Positions 9,750 to 16,488 of a stretch of DNA of 64,000 nucleotides are shown piece after piece; position 1 is the first letter of the stretch, and every line of letters starts with the position of its first letter. Origin of the DNA: a virus; the IMG/VR virus record IMGVR_UViG_3300046004_001116, positions 21,920 to 85,919 of that record. The stretch is one strand, 5' to 3'. The notes under the pieces were generated by a model. The model made no database searches. It was not told the DNA's origin and saw nothing but the letters and a program-made list of their open reading frames with translations. Position numbers and translations under genes: made by a program.

Positions 9750-9892
9750 AGTTGATTACTTTAGGTTACAGGAATTACCAGAAACCTGTCGACATACTCT
9801 TGGGCGTAAGGCAAGAGCAGATTTTGAACCAGGTTTAATCTGTAATGTAAACCTACTCGTATTTAACAATTATACGTTAAGTCTAATCAACT
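9750..9892 (+). ncRNA. Unknown multi-hairpin structured RNA
   Basis: Ends agttgatta/taatcaact pair; internal hairpins acagg/cctgt, ctcttg/caagag, cagatt/aatctg. Confidence 0.55.
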
Positions 9893-9903
9893 AAATTGTA
9901 ACT

Positions 9904-9989
9904 GGCCTTGTAGCTCAATTGGATTGCATTACGCTTAGAGCCACCGACTTTTAATCGGTAGGTTGGGGGTTCGAGTCCCTCCAGGGTCA
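9904..9989 (+). tRNA. tRNA-Lys(TTT) with enlarged D-loop
   Basis: Loop cttttaa; about 12 extra nt in the D-loop. Confidence 0.85.
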
Positions 9990-10087
9990 CAAAGGAATAA
10001 TTACTCTGGCGGTGGTGCGGGTAAGCGCCGGGAAGTAACGCCCGGTTGGCAAAGTAAATTATTCAGAGGTAAGGAAAAGACTAAACT

Positions 10088-10160
10088 GGGGCTATGGTAT
10101 AGATGGCTAACACACTTGCCTTGCACGCAGGAATCCCGAGTTCGAGGCTCGGTAGCTCCA
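10088..10160 (+). tRNA. tRNA-Ala(TGC)
   Basis: GGGGCTA acceptor with G3-U70; loop cttgcac. Confidence 0.9.
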
Positions 10161-10417
10161 CGGGAGTTTTTGAAACGGCCTACTCTTTGAGGCACGTGAT
10201 ATTTGTACTTTAACAAAATTCACAGTATGGCAAGAGGGTTTTTGGAAGCGGCTTTAAGGTATAAGCAATGTATTTGACCAGAACAAAATCATAGTATAAC
10301 TATCTTCTGTCACGTTAGCAGACCGGGTATGGCTACGCACAGTTTGGAAGTAATATGTGTATTAAACAAAACTTTCACCGCGGCGAAACGTTTCCCAAAA
10401 CAAAGTAGTCGCAAGAA

Positions 10418-10502
10418 GGGAGTACGCCGGAGTTGGAGAGCCGGAGCGGTCTGTAACACCGTTGGCATTACGCCTGAGTAGGTTCGAATCCTACTACTTT
10501 CA
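10418..10502 (+). tRNA. tRNA-Tyr(GTA)
   Basis: Loop ctgtaac; long variable arm. Confidence 0.85.
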
Positions 10503-10509
10503 CAAAAAT

Positions 10510-10586
10510 TGAAGCGGAGGTAAGAGTTACATCAACTTTTTATTGGAAAAAACAAACAAACACTCTTCCTAATATTCTCAATTTCA
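10510..10586 (+). ncRNA. Short Y-RNA-like element
   Basis: GAAGCGG..AGAGTTACATC..CTCTT..TAATATTCTC motif shared with RNAs next to the Ro60 gene. Confidence 0.65.
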
Positions 10587-10587
10587 T

Positions 10588-10658
10588 TGTCCGATGGTGT
10601 AACGGTAACACTACTGTTTTTGGTGCAGTCATTCAAGGTTCGAATCCTTGTCGGATAA
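10588..10658 (+). tRNA. tRNA-Gln(TTG)
   Basis: Cloverleaf; loop ttttggt. Confidence 0.9.
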
Positions 10659-10667
10659 CTATTATAT

Positions 10668-10740
10668 TGGAATATGGTATAATGGCTCATTACACGTGGT
10701 TTTGGTCCACGCAATCAAGGTTCGATTCCTTGTATTCCAA
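10668..10740 (+). tRNA. tRNA-Gln(TTG)
   Basis: Cloverleaf; loop ttttggt. Confidence 0.9.
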
Positions 10741-10745
10741 CAATT

Positions 10746-10820
10746 CGCGTAGCGATCCACAGAGAGAGGTTACCCGCCTTGGACGCGGGGTTATTGCAGG
10801 TTCGAGTCCTGTCTACGCGA
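10746..10820 (+). tRNA. tRNA-Pro(TGG), atypical D-arm
   Basis: Loop cttggac; good acceptor and T arms. Confidence 0.75.
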
Positions 10821-10831
10821 CAAATTTTTAA

Positions 10832-10904
10832 CGGGGTGTAGATCAGTTGGTAGATCGCGTGCTTTGGGAGCATGAGGCCGCAGGTTCGAGTCCTGTCACC
10901 CCGA
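10832..10904 (+). tRNA. tRNA-Pro(TGG)
   Basis: Canonical cloverleaf. Confidence 0.95.
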
Positions 10905-10970
10905 CGAGACGAGACTGTTACTAATTCATAGGGGCCCATTCACGCAAGTGTCTGCATAGAATTAGAATTT

Positions 10971-11044
10971 AGGTGGTTAGCTCAACTGGTTAGAGCACTC
11001 GCCTGATACGCGAGAGGTTATGAGTTCGACTCTCATATCACCTA
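10971..11044 (+). tRNA. tRNA-Ile(GAT)
   Basis: Loop ctgatac. Confidence 0.9.
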
Positions 11045-11112
11045 CTAAAAAATATAAAAGTCAAATGAAACAAATTTTAGTCAACTCCTCATAGGTTAGC
11101 ATTGCTAAACTT

Positions 11113-11343
11113 ATGACTCAGAAATTGAGAATTTGGAGAGTAGTTCCCGTTCGTAACGGCGTTCAGGCTCCCACTTTTTTTGTAGAAACTACAGAAGAAG
11201 GACGCGACAAGGCAGAAGTATCTGCTTTAAAACAAGCAAGACAAAGGTCAGGCTTGAGTAAATTTGATTGTTGGAATTTCAATCTTATCAAAACAGAATT
11301 AAGGTTAGATAAGTTTGGAAGATATGTAAAGTATCACCAATAA
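11113..11343 (+). CDS. Hypothetical protein within tRNA operon
   Basis: 76-aa ORF in an inter-tRNA gap. Confidence 0.6.
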   Translation: MTQKLRIWRVVPVRNGVQAPTFFVETTEEGRDKAEVSALKQARQRSGLSKFDCWNFNLIKTELRLDKFGRYVKYHQ

Positions 11344-11389
11344 TAAACTGGGCAGTTTTCGGTCTGCGTAATAATTAAAACCGAAATTT

Positions 11390-11461
11390 GGTGATGTAGC
11401 TCAGCGGCAGAGCACCCGGCTCATATCCGGAAGGTCGAGGTCTCGGAATCCTCCATCGCTA
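11390..11461 (+). tRNA. tRNA-Met(CAT), variant T-loop
   Basis: Loop ctcatat. Confidence 0.8.
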
Positions 11462-11465
11462 CAAA

Positions 11466-11524
11466 TGTATACTTTAATATACAATATGGTCTAAAACGGC
11501 TATAATTGTATATTAAAGTATACA
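11466..11524. repeat. Perfect 20-bp inverted repeat
   Basis: tgtatactttaatatacaat ... attgtatattaaagtataca. Confidence 0.9.
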
Positions 11525-11535
11525 AACAATAAATT

Positions 11536-11672
11536 CCAGAAGCGGCAAAGAGAGTTACTTCGTCTGTTAAACGAGAGGTCGTAGGTTCGAGTCCTACTGC
11601 GTGTACCTTGATGGGAAACGTATAGCTCAGTTGGTTAGAGCGCTAAAAATCTCTCTCTTAATTATTCTCTGG
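11536..11672 (+). ncRNA. yrlA: YrlA-type Y RNA with circularly permuted tRNA domain
   Basis: Terminal ccaga/tctgg stem with GAAGCGG; T-arm, then closed acceptor-like stem, then D-arm. Confidence 0.8.
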
Positions 11673-11678
11673 CAATTT

Positions 11679-11752
11679 GACTCGGTAGCTCAGTTGGTAG
11701 TAGCACCTCACTTTTAATGAGGGGGTCGTGGGTTCGAGTCCCACCCGGGTCA
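11679..11752 (+). tRNA. tRNA-Lys(TTT)
   Basis: Canonical cloverleaf. Confidence 0.9.
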
Positions 11753-11766
11753 CAAATATTAATCAT

Positions 11767-11844
11767 GGGAGCAGCTGGGATAGCGCGGGTGGTGTCGAGC
11801 CACCTTTCACCGGTAGCTTGAGGTTCGAGTCCTCTTTGTTCCCC
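11767..11844 (+). ncRNA. Degenerate tRNA-like RNA
   Basis: Acceptor gggagca/tgttccc and T-arm present; non-canonical loop tgtcgag. Confidence 0.5.
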
Positions 11845-11858
11845 TAAATGTTATCAGT

Positions 11859-12110
11859 ATGACACGAGAACAGAAAATAGCAAAAAGGAAACTTCGTGCT
11901 TCTATCCACAGAGAAAAAAGAAACGAAAAGTACTTTAAAAAAATACGAGCGGCAAATGATATAGGCGGGTGGGTTCCACTTTATGCCGTTGATAGCCGTG
12001 GATACGTTTCAGGTTCATGGCCTGACTCAAGTAGCCCTACAGGATATTCACAAAGATGTTCTTATGATGCCTGGGGAACTTGTCAAAGTCCATGCAACGG
12101 AGACTGTTAA
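11859..12110 (+). CDS. Hypothetical Cys-tailed protein
   Basis: 83-aa ORF in an inter-tRNA gap. Confidence 0.6.
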   Translation: MTREQKIAKRKLRASIHREKRNEKYFKKIRAANDIGGWVPLYAVDSRGYVSGSWPDSSSPTGYSQRCSYDAWGTCQSPCNGDC

Positions 12111-12114
12111 AAAT

Positions 12115-12173
12115 TGGGAGGTCGCATAGTTGGTTAGTGCTCATCTTCGGTGGTTCGAGTCCACCCCTCCCCA
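12115..12173 (+). ncRNA. Mini-tRNA lacking the anticodon arm
   Basis: Acceptor, D and T arms intact; only 8 nt (tcatcttc) between D and T arms. Confidence 0.65.
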
Positions 12174-12175
12174 CT

Positions 12176-12359
12176 AAGATTTAATCTGCTAAACGCAAAA
12201 TGGTATGTTGCCGCCGATAACTACGGAAACACAAGCAAGGAAGGAGGTCACTTGCCGCATACAGGAAACACAGATCCGTTCATTTTGTTAGTAAGGTATC
12301 GGGTACATTCGGTTGTACTTGGGTATTCACCAATCTGTGCCGGTGACAGATTAAATTTT
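12176..12359 (+). ncRNA. Unknown structured RNA
   Basis: 13-bp terminal stem aagatttaatctg/cagattaaatttt with internal hairpins. Confidence 0.5.
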
Positions 12360-12362
12360 TAT

Positions 12363-12436
12363 GGCCATGTAACTCAGTTGGTTAGAGTGCCCGCCTCATA
12401 AGCGGAGAGTCCTTGGTTCGAGTCCAAGCTTGGCCA
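12363..12436 (+). tRNA. tRNA with CAT anticodon (Met or lysidine-type Ile2)
   Basis: Loop ctcataa; lacks the initiator GGG/CCC anticodon stem. Confidence 0.85.
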
Positions 12437-12622
12437 CATGAAAACGCAAGTAACGGTATTATTCCGAAGCGATGATAAGAATTACAATTGGTCATCAGTA
12501 TTATCTAAAGAAGTAGGATATGAATTTGTTAAACTACAGAAAATAGAGAACACGGATAATCCAAGATGGCCAAAATGGTCTTTTATCATTACTTACAAAA
12601 AAAGTAAATAAAAATGCAAAAG

Positions 12623-12663
12623 TGTAAAACTAACCGTTTTCACGTGTATATATAATAAACAAC
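12623..12663 (+). promoter_or_regulatory. Putative phage promoter of tRNA operon 2 leader
   Basis: tgtaaaactaa-N12-gtatatataataaacaa, as at 7939. Confidence 0.6.
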
Positions 12664-12677
12664 AAATAAATTAAACA

Positions 12678-12785
12678 ATGCAAACACAATCATTACATAC
12701 AAGATCGTTTACGTCAAGCTGGAACTTATGTTTCGGACTAGGGCGCGATTGTGACATAGATCTGGAGGATCTGACTACTATCTAA
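12678..12785 (+). CDS. Leader peptide 2 (35 aa, MQTQSLHTRSFTSSWNLCFGLGRDCDIDLEDLTTI)
   Basis: 28 of 35 residues are amino acids whose tRNAs lie in the downstream operon; TCTGGAG at 12761. Confidence 0.8.
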   Translation: MQTQSLHTRSFTSSWNLCFGLGRDCDIDLEDLTTI

Positions 12786-12810
12786 TGTAATTTGCATACA
12801 AGATATTTTC

Positions 12811-12843
12811 AAAGCTCCAGAATTAATTTTCTGGAGCTTTTTT
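12811..12843 (+). terminator. Attenuator terminator 2
   Basis: Same hairpin as 8128-8160, plus U-run. Confidence 0.9.
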
Positions 12844-12854
12844 ATTGCGATTAA

Positions 12855-12930
12855 TTTAACAAAACTTTAACATATTAAATTTGCTTTACATCTTTTAATT
12901 GGTTAATTTTATACTGTAATTAAAAACAAC
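12855..12930 (+). promoter_or_regulatory. Bacteroidota-type early promoter
   Basis: tttaacaaaactttaaca ... TTTG-N20-TAATTTTA. Confidence 0.65.
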
Positions 12931-12940
12931 CATTAATTGC

Positions 12941-12952
12941 ATTCTTTGACAT
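12941..12952 (+). promoter_or_regulatory. boxA-like antitermination site
   Basis: attctttgacat just before tRNA-Phe. Confidence 0.6.
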
Positions 12953-12968
12953 ACTGAAAACTAAAATT

Positions 12969-13041
12969 GGTGCTGTGGCAGATCAGGTGATTGCGGCGGA
13001 CTGAAAATCCGTAGGAGTGGGTTCGATACCCACCGGCACCA
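12969..13041 (+). tRNA. tRNA-Phe(GAA)
   Basis: Loop ctgaaaa. Confidence 0.9.
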
Positions 13042-13156
13042 CACAAACTTATTTAAGGTTCGACCCTCACCCATTTTGCGCTCAATTCGCATTTACTTTG
13101 GAAGACTGGTTCTAGAGGGAGCTACCGACTGATAAGTGGCCGCACACGCGGCAAAT

Positions 13157-13231
13157 GCCTGAGTGGGTAAACTGGTAAAGCCGCTTGACTTAGGATCAAG
13201 AGTTCTGTGGGTTCGACTCCCACCTCGGGTA
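13157..13231 (+). tRNA. tRNA-Leu(TAG) with short variable region
   Basis: Loop cttagga; only 6 nt variable region. Confidence 0.85.
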
Positions 13232-13315
13232 CAAATTATTTAGTTCCATGCATAAGCTCAAACAGCTCCCTGAAATTACATGGTTTAAAGGAGCTTAAAC
13301 TAAATAATAAATTTT

Positions 13316-13392
13316 GGTGCCGCAGCATATCGGCGTATGATGCTCGCCTGTCACGTGGGAGATTGCGGGTTCGAATCCCGTCGGTACCGCCA
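13316..13392 (+). tRNA. tRNA-Asp(GTC)
   Basis: Loop ctgtcac; encoded CCA; weak D-arm. Confidence 0.8.
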
Positions 13393-13432
13393 TCTGGTTA
13401 AGATTCCAGAGAACAATCAAAAATCTACAAAC

Positions 13433-13506
13433 ACCCTCATGGTCCAGTTGGAGTGGATGTCGCCCTGTCACGGCGAAGATCGCGGGTTCGAGTCCCGCTG
13501 GGGGTG
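13433..13506 (+). tRNA. tRNA-Asp(GTC)
   Basis: Loop ctgtcac. Confidence 0.9.
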
Positions 13507-13612
13507 CAAAAAACTGGGGTAGAAAAATCTTAGGACGGCAATCCGTAGATGTAATACGATGGTTACTGCACAAAGAGAAAAGTAATTTGCCGATGAAATT
13601 CACTTAGCAGTT

Positions 13613-13700
13613 TTCCTTTTGATGAAATTGGCAAACATGGCTCGCGCGAAGCGAGTGCTCAGGGTTTACTCTGATAAAGGTTCGAGTCCTTTAAGGGAAA
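13613..13700 (+). tRNA. Type II tRNA-like gene, anticodon uncertain (CGA/Ser with G33?)
   Basis: Full cloverleaf with long variable arm; loop cgcgaag lacks U33. Confidence 0.5.
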
Positions 13701-13750
13701 CAAATTTCAGGAGTAATTAACCTGAAGCTGAATGGTTCGAAACATTCGAT

Positions 13751-13860
13751 TGGTCATGGTGTATTGGGCACGGTAGAACGGAGTAATCGTACGCAGAGCG
13801 TTAGGCTCTCAACGGCGGTGAAAGGGAAAACAGGTTAAAGGTTCGAATCCTTAGGATCAG
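13751..13860 (+). ncRNA. tRNA-like RNA with substituted central domain
   Basis: D-like start and T-arm aaggttcgaatcctt; no anticodon arm. Confidence 0.4.
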
Positions 13861-13862
13861 CT

Positions 13863-13933
13863 TGCGTTAAAGTGTAAAGGTTGCATGGGACTCTCATAAG
13901 GTCTACGGGGTGGTTCGAGTCCACGCTACGCTA
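13863..13933 (+). tRNA. Degenerate tRNA with CAT anticodon
   Basis: Loop ctcataa; mismatched acceptor stem. Confidence 0.5.
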
Positions 13934-14020
13934 CAAAATTCTAAGTGTGTCTTGGTACGCTCTGACAACCGTCAACGACAAGGTCTCGGTAGGCAAAACG
14001 CGTTTGATCCTACCCATTCT

Positions 14021-14094
14021 GCAGTAGTAGCTCAGTTGGTAGAGCGCTGCCTTGCCAAGGCAGAGGTTCGCGGGTTCGAATCCCGTCTACTGCT
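14021..14094 (+). tRNA. tRNA-Gly(GCC)
   Basis: Loop ttgccaa. Confidence 0.95.
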
Positions 14095-14101
14095 CAAATA
14101 T

Positions 14102-14175
14102 GCGGGTATGGTGTTTAACGGTTAGCACGTGAGCCTTCCAAGTTTGAAGTTTCGGTTCGAATCCGAATATCCGCT
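14102..14175 (+). tRNA. tRNA-Gly(TCC)
   Basis: Loop cttccaa. Confidence 0.9.
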
Positions 14176-14180
14176 CAACT

Positions 14181-14254
14181 GGTCTTGTAGCTCAACTGGA
14201 TAGAGCATTGGTTTTCTAAACCAACGGTTATGGGTTCGATTCCCGTCAAGATCA
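14181..14254 (+). tRNA. tRNA-Arg(TCT)
   Basis: Loop tttctaa. Confidence 0.9.
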
Positions 14255-14261
14255 CAAACAT

Positions 14262-14332
14262 ACGCCTATGGTGCAACGGTAGCATGACGGTCTCCAAAAC
14301 CGTTGATAAAGGTTCGAATCCTTTTGGGCGTG
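14262..14332 (+). tRNA. tRNA-Trp(CCA)
   Basis: Loop ctccaaa. Confidence 0.95.
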
Positions 14333-14341
14333 CAAATATAA

Positions 14342-14428
14342 GGAGAGGTGCCAGAGTGGTCGATTGGACCGGTCTTGAAAACCGGAGAGCGTGAAAGCGC
14401 TCCGTGGGTTCGAATCCCACCCTCTCTT
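14342..14428 (+). tRNA. tRNA-Ser(TGA)
   Basis: Loop cttgaaa; long variable arm. Confidence 0.9.
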
Positions 14429-14431
14429 CAA

Positions 14432-14579
14432 AATTAGAAGCGGTACATTGAGATACTTCAATATCCAAAACTGCCATTTGTTGGTTCGAGTCCAACCTGA
14501 GGTGTTAATAGCACCTCGGTGGTGAAATGGTAAACACAGCAGTCCCAAAACAAGACGCTCATGTAAACATTCTCTAATT
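14432..14579 (+). ncRNA. yrlA: Second YrlA-type Y RNA
   Basis: aattaga/tctaatt stem with GAAGCGG; T-arm, closed acceptor gaggtg/cacctc, then D-arm. Confidence 0.8.
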
Positions 14580-14584
14580 GAATT

Positions 14585-14658
14585 GCTGGCGACGCATGAA
14601 TGGTGGTGCACCGGATTTGTAACCCGGACTAGAGTCGGTTCGATCCCGACCGTCAGCT
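14585..14658 (+). tRNA. tRNA-Thr(TGT)
   Basis: Loop tttgtaa. Confidence 0.85.
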
Positions 14659-14664
14659 CAAAAT

Positions 14665-14735
14665 GGCCCTATGACCGAGCGGTTAGGTGCAGGTCTGCAA
14701 AATCTGTTAGGTTGGTTCGACTCCAACTGGTGCCT
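14665..14735 (+). tRNA. tRNA-Cys(GCA)
   Basis: Loop ctgcaaa. Confidence 0.9.
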
Positions 14736-14738
14736 CGA

Positions 14739-14934
14739 GAATAATCAGAGGACTCATCGCTGGAAACAGAGGAAGTTCGCGACAACTAAACCTAACATGG
14801 GAGATGTAAAAATCGTTCGTACCACGGAAGTTGCAAGTTAAACAGTTTGAGGGTGTCGGTTTCCCTATGAGAACGGGTTAATGCAAAGTCAAATGATGGG
14901 ATAAAACAGAAACGCGGCTACGCTCAATTATTCA
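14739..14934 (+). ncRNA. rnpB: Reduced RNase P RNA (about 196 nt)
   Basis: P1 gaataat/attattc; P4 strands GAGGAAGTTCGCG and AACAGAAACGCGGCTA resemble conserved regions I and V. Confidence 0.75.
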
Positions 14935-14938
14935 AATT

Positions 14939-15020
14939 GCCCAGGTGGAGAAATTGGTAGACTCGCCAGCCTAAGGAGCTGGTGCCGCAAGGCGTGAGGG
15001 TTCGAGTCCCTCCTTGGGTA
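14939..15020 (+). tRNA. tRNA-Leu(AAG)
   Basis: ccagc-ctaagga-gctgg; long variable arm. Confidence 0.85.
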
Positions 15021-15032
15021 CAAAATTAAAAT

Positions 15033-15121
15033 GGGCCGATTGGTGTAACTGGGAATGAATACCAGCTTGGGTTAACACGAACCTGTAGGTTCGGCTGAGA
15101 GTTCGAATCTCTCATCGGTCC
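15033..15121 (+). ncRNA. tRNA-like RNA with 8-bp acceptor and no clear anticodon arm
   Basis: gggccgat/atcggtcc; T-arm gagag-ttcgaat-ctctc. Confidence 0.5.
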
Positions 15122-15238
15122 CGGTATCTCCCAAGGGAGAAAACTCTGGTTGGTGGTCTGACCTTATAGACCGCAATAAGACTGTCAAGGTAGGACGTCA
15201 GTTATAGAGAGGTGAGCCATACCTATTCCTCTCAACAT

Positions 15239-15313
15239 GGTGATTGTAGCTCAGTTGGTTAGAGCGCTGGTTTGTGGTACCAGAGGTCGCGGGTTCGACC
15301 CCCGTCATTCACC
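15239..15313 (+). tRNA. tRNA-His(GTG)
   Basis: G-1:C73 pair; loop ttgtggt. Confidence 0.9.
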
Positions 15314-15328
15314 CTAAAAAGAATACTT

Positions 15329-15478
15329 ATGAAAGGCATTGAATTAATTCCAATTGGGCCTGTTTCTGAAGAAGCAAAGGCTAGGTTAAAGAAACGATCT
15401 GAAAGGGATAAAGCAAGATTAGACCAAATGGTTAAAGACGCTAAAGAAGGCAAGTATGATCATATAATAAACAAATAG
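15329..15478 (+). CDS. Small hypothetical protein
   Basis: ATG at 15329 downstream of tRNA-His, 49 aa. Confidence 0.5.
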   Translation: MKGIELIPIGPVSEEAKARLKKRSERDKARLDQMVKDAKEGKYDHIINK

Positions 15479-15483
15479 AAAGC

Positions 15484-15705
15484 ATGAAAGCGGGAGCTAA
15501 AACAACAGACAAAGATTTTAATAACTTAATTACATACTTGGAAAGATTCAAAGGTGCTAATATTACAATCACTGTTGATAAAAATCCTTCGCCTGAAAAG
15601 ATTGCTTATATAAAAGAAAGAATAAAGATAAGTGAGCAACGTGCTCAAAACGGCCGGGTGGTGGAACTGGTAGACACGCTGGGTTTAAGCCCCAGTGGGC
15701 AGTAA
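15484..15705 (+). CDS. Small hypothetical protein (3' end overlaps tRNA-Leu)
   Basis: ORF track. Confidence 0.4.
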   Translation: MKAGAKTTDKDFNNLITYLERFKGANITITVDKNPSPEKIAYIKERIKISEQRAQNGRVVELVDTLGLSPSGQ

Positions 15706-15737
15706 TGCCCGTGCGGGTTCGAATCCCGCTCTGGTCA
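15652..15737 (+). tRNA. tRNA-Leu(TAA)
   Basis: Loop tttaagc; long variable arm. Confidence 0.9.
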
Positions 15738-15741
15738 CAAA

Positions 15742-15827
15742 GGAGAGGTAAGCATAGTGGTACTGCAGCGGATTGCTAATCCGTTCGGCGTTTATTCGTC
15801 GCGTGGGTTCGATCCCCACTCTCTCCG
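15742..15827 (+). tRNA. tRNA-Ser(GCT)
   Basis: Loop ttgctaa; long variable arm. Confidence 0.9.
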
Positions 15828-15846
15828 CAATATATAATAAAACAAT

Positions 15847-15918
15847 GGCCTGTTAGTTTAACGGATAGAACTCTGGTTTACGGCATCAGCGATGGGGGTT
15901 CGAGTCCCTCACGGGTCA
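15847..15918 (+). tRNA. tRNA-Arg(ACG)
   Basis: Loop ttacggc. Confidence 0.85.
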
Positions 15919-15942
15919 CTAATCAAATAAAAAACAAATGTC

Positions 15943-16395
15943 ATGGTATTTAGAAAGCTCGCAGATAGGCAGGAAGTTGACTTATTACCATACGCACATG
16001 ATTTCCTAACGGAACATCCAGAGCATAAACTCTACGTGGGTACGGATAGTCAAAACATCGGAAAAACTACAGTTTATGCAACAGTTATTGTGTTTCATAA
16101 TAACAACGGTGGTGGTCACGTTTTATATTCTAAGGTAACAGTACCTAGAATCGCGGACAGATGGACCAGATTGTGGAAAGAAGTAGAAATGTCAGTTCAA
16201 GCAGCTGACCTTTTAAAAGAAGGAGATTTTCATCCGGTAGATTTTATTGACTTGGATTTAAACCCAGACCCAAGATACAAATCGAATATGGTCTTAAGAT
16301 CAGCTGTTGGTTATGTTGAGAGTTTTGGTTACAAAGCAAGAGTAAAACCGAATGCGACTATTGCATCTTGTGTTGCAGATAGTATCTTCCGTTAA
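15943..16395 (+). CDS. RNase H-like YkuK (DUF458) family protein
   Basis: YVGTDSQ, RLWKEVEMS, IDLDLN, ASCVAD pattern. Confidence 0.75.
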   Translation: MVFRKLADRQEVDLLPYAHDFLTEHPEHKLYVGTDSQNIGKTTVYATVIVFHNNNGGGHVLYSKVTVPRIADRWTRLWKEVEMSVQAADLLKEGDFHPVDFIDLDLNPDPRYKSNMVLRSAVGYVESFGYKARVKPNATIASCVADSIFR

Positions 16396-16488
16396 GAACT
16401 ATTATATAAGAAGTGAATATATAATCTATAATACTTTGGGGTGTAAAAGCCCCAAATATTTTTACTAACTAAAATAAAACAAAAAAAC

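Noticed and set aside
15033-15121. tRNA-Sec call based on the 8-bp acceptor stem
   Set aside because: No TCA anticodon loop or recognisable anticodon stem.
9963-15453. Six-frame ORFs overlapping tRNA genes (e.g. 9963, 10001, 10532, 10715, 12150, 13207, 13295, 13910, 14175, 14252, 15259)
   Set aside because: They are by-products of GC-rich tRNA sequence and lack credible start contexts.
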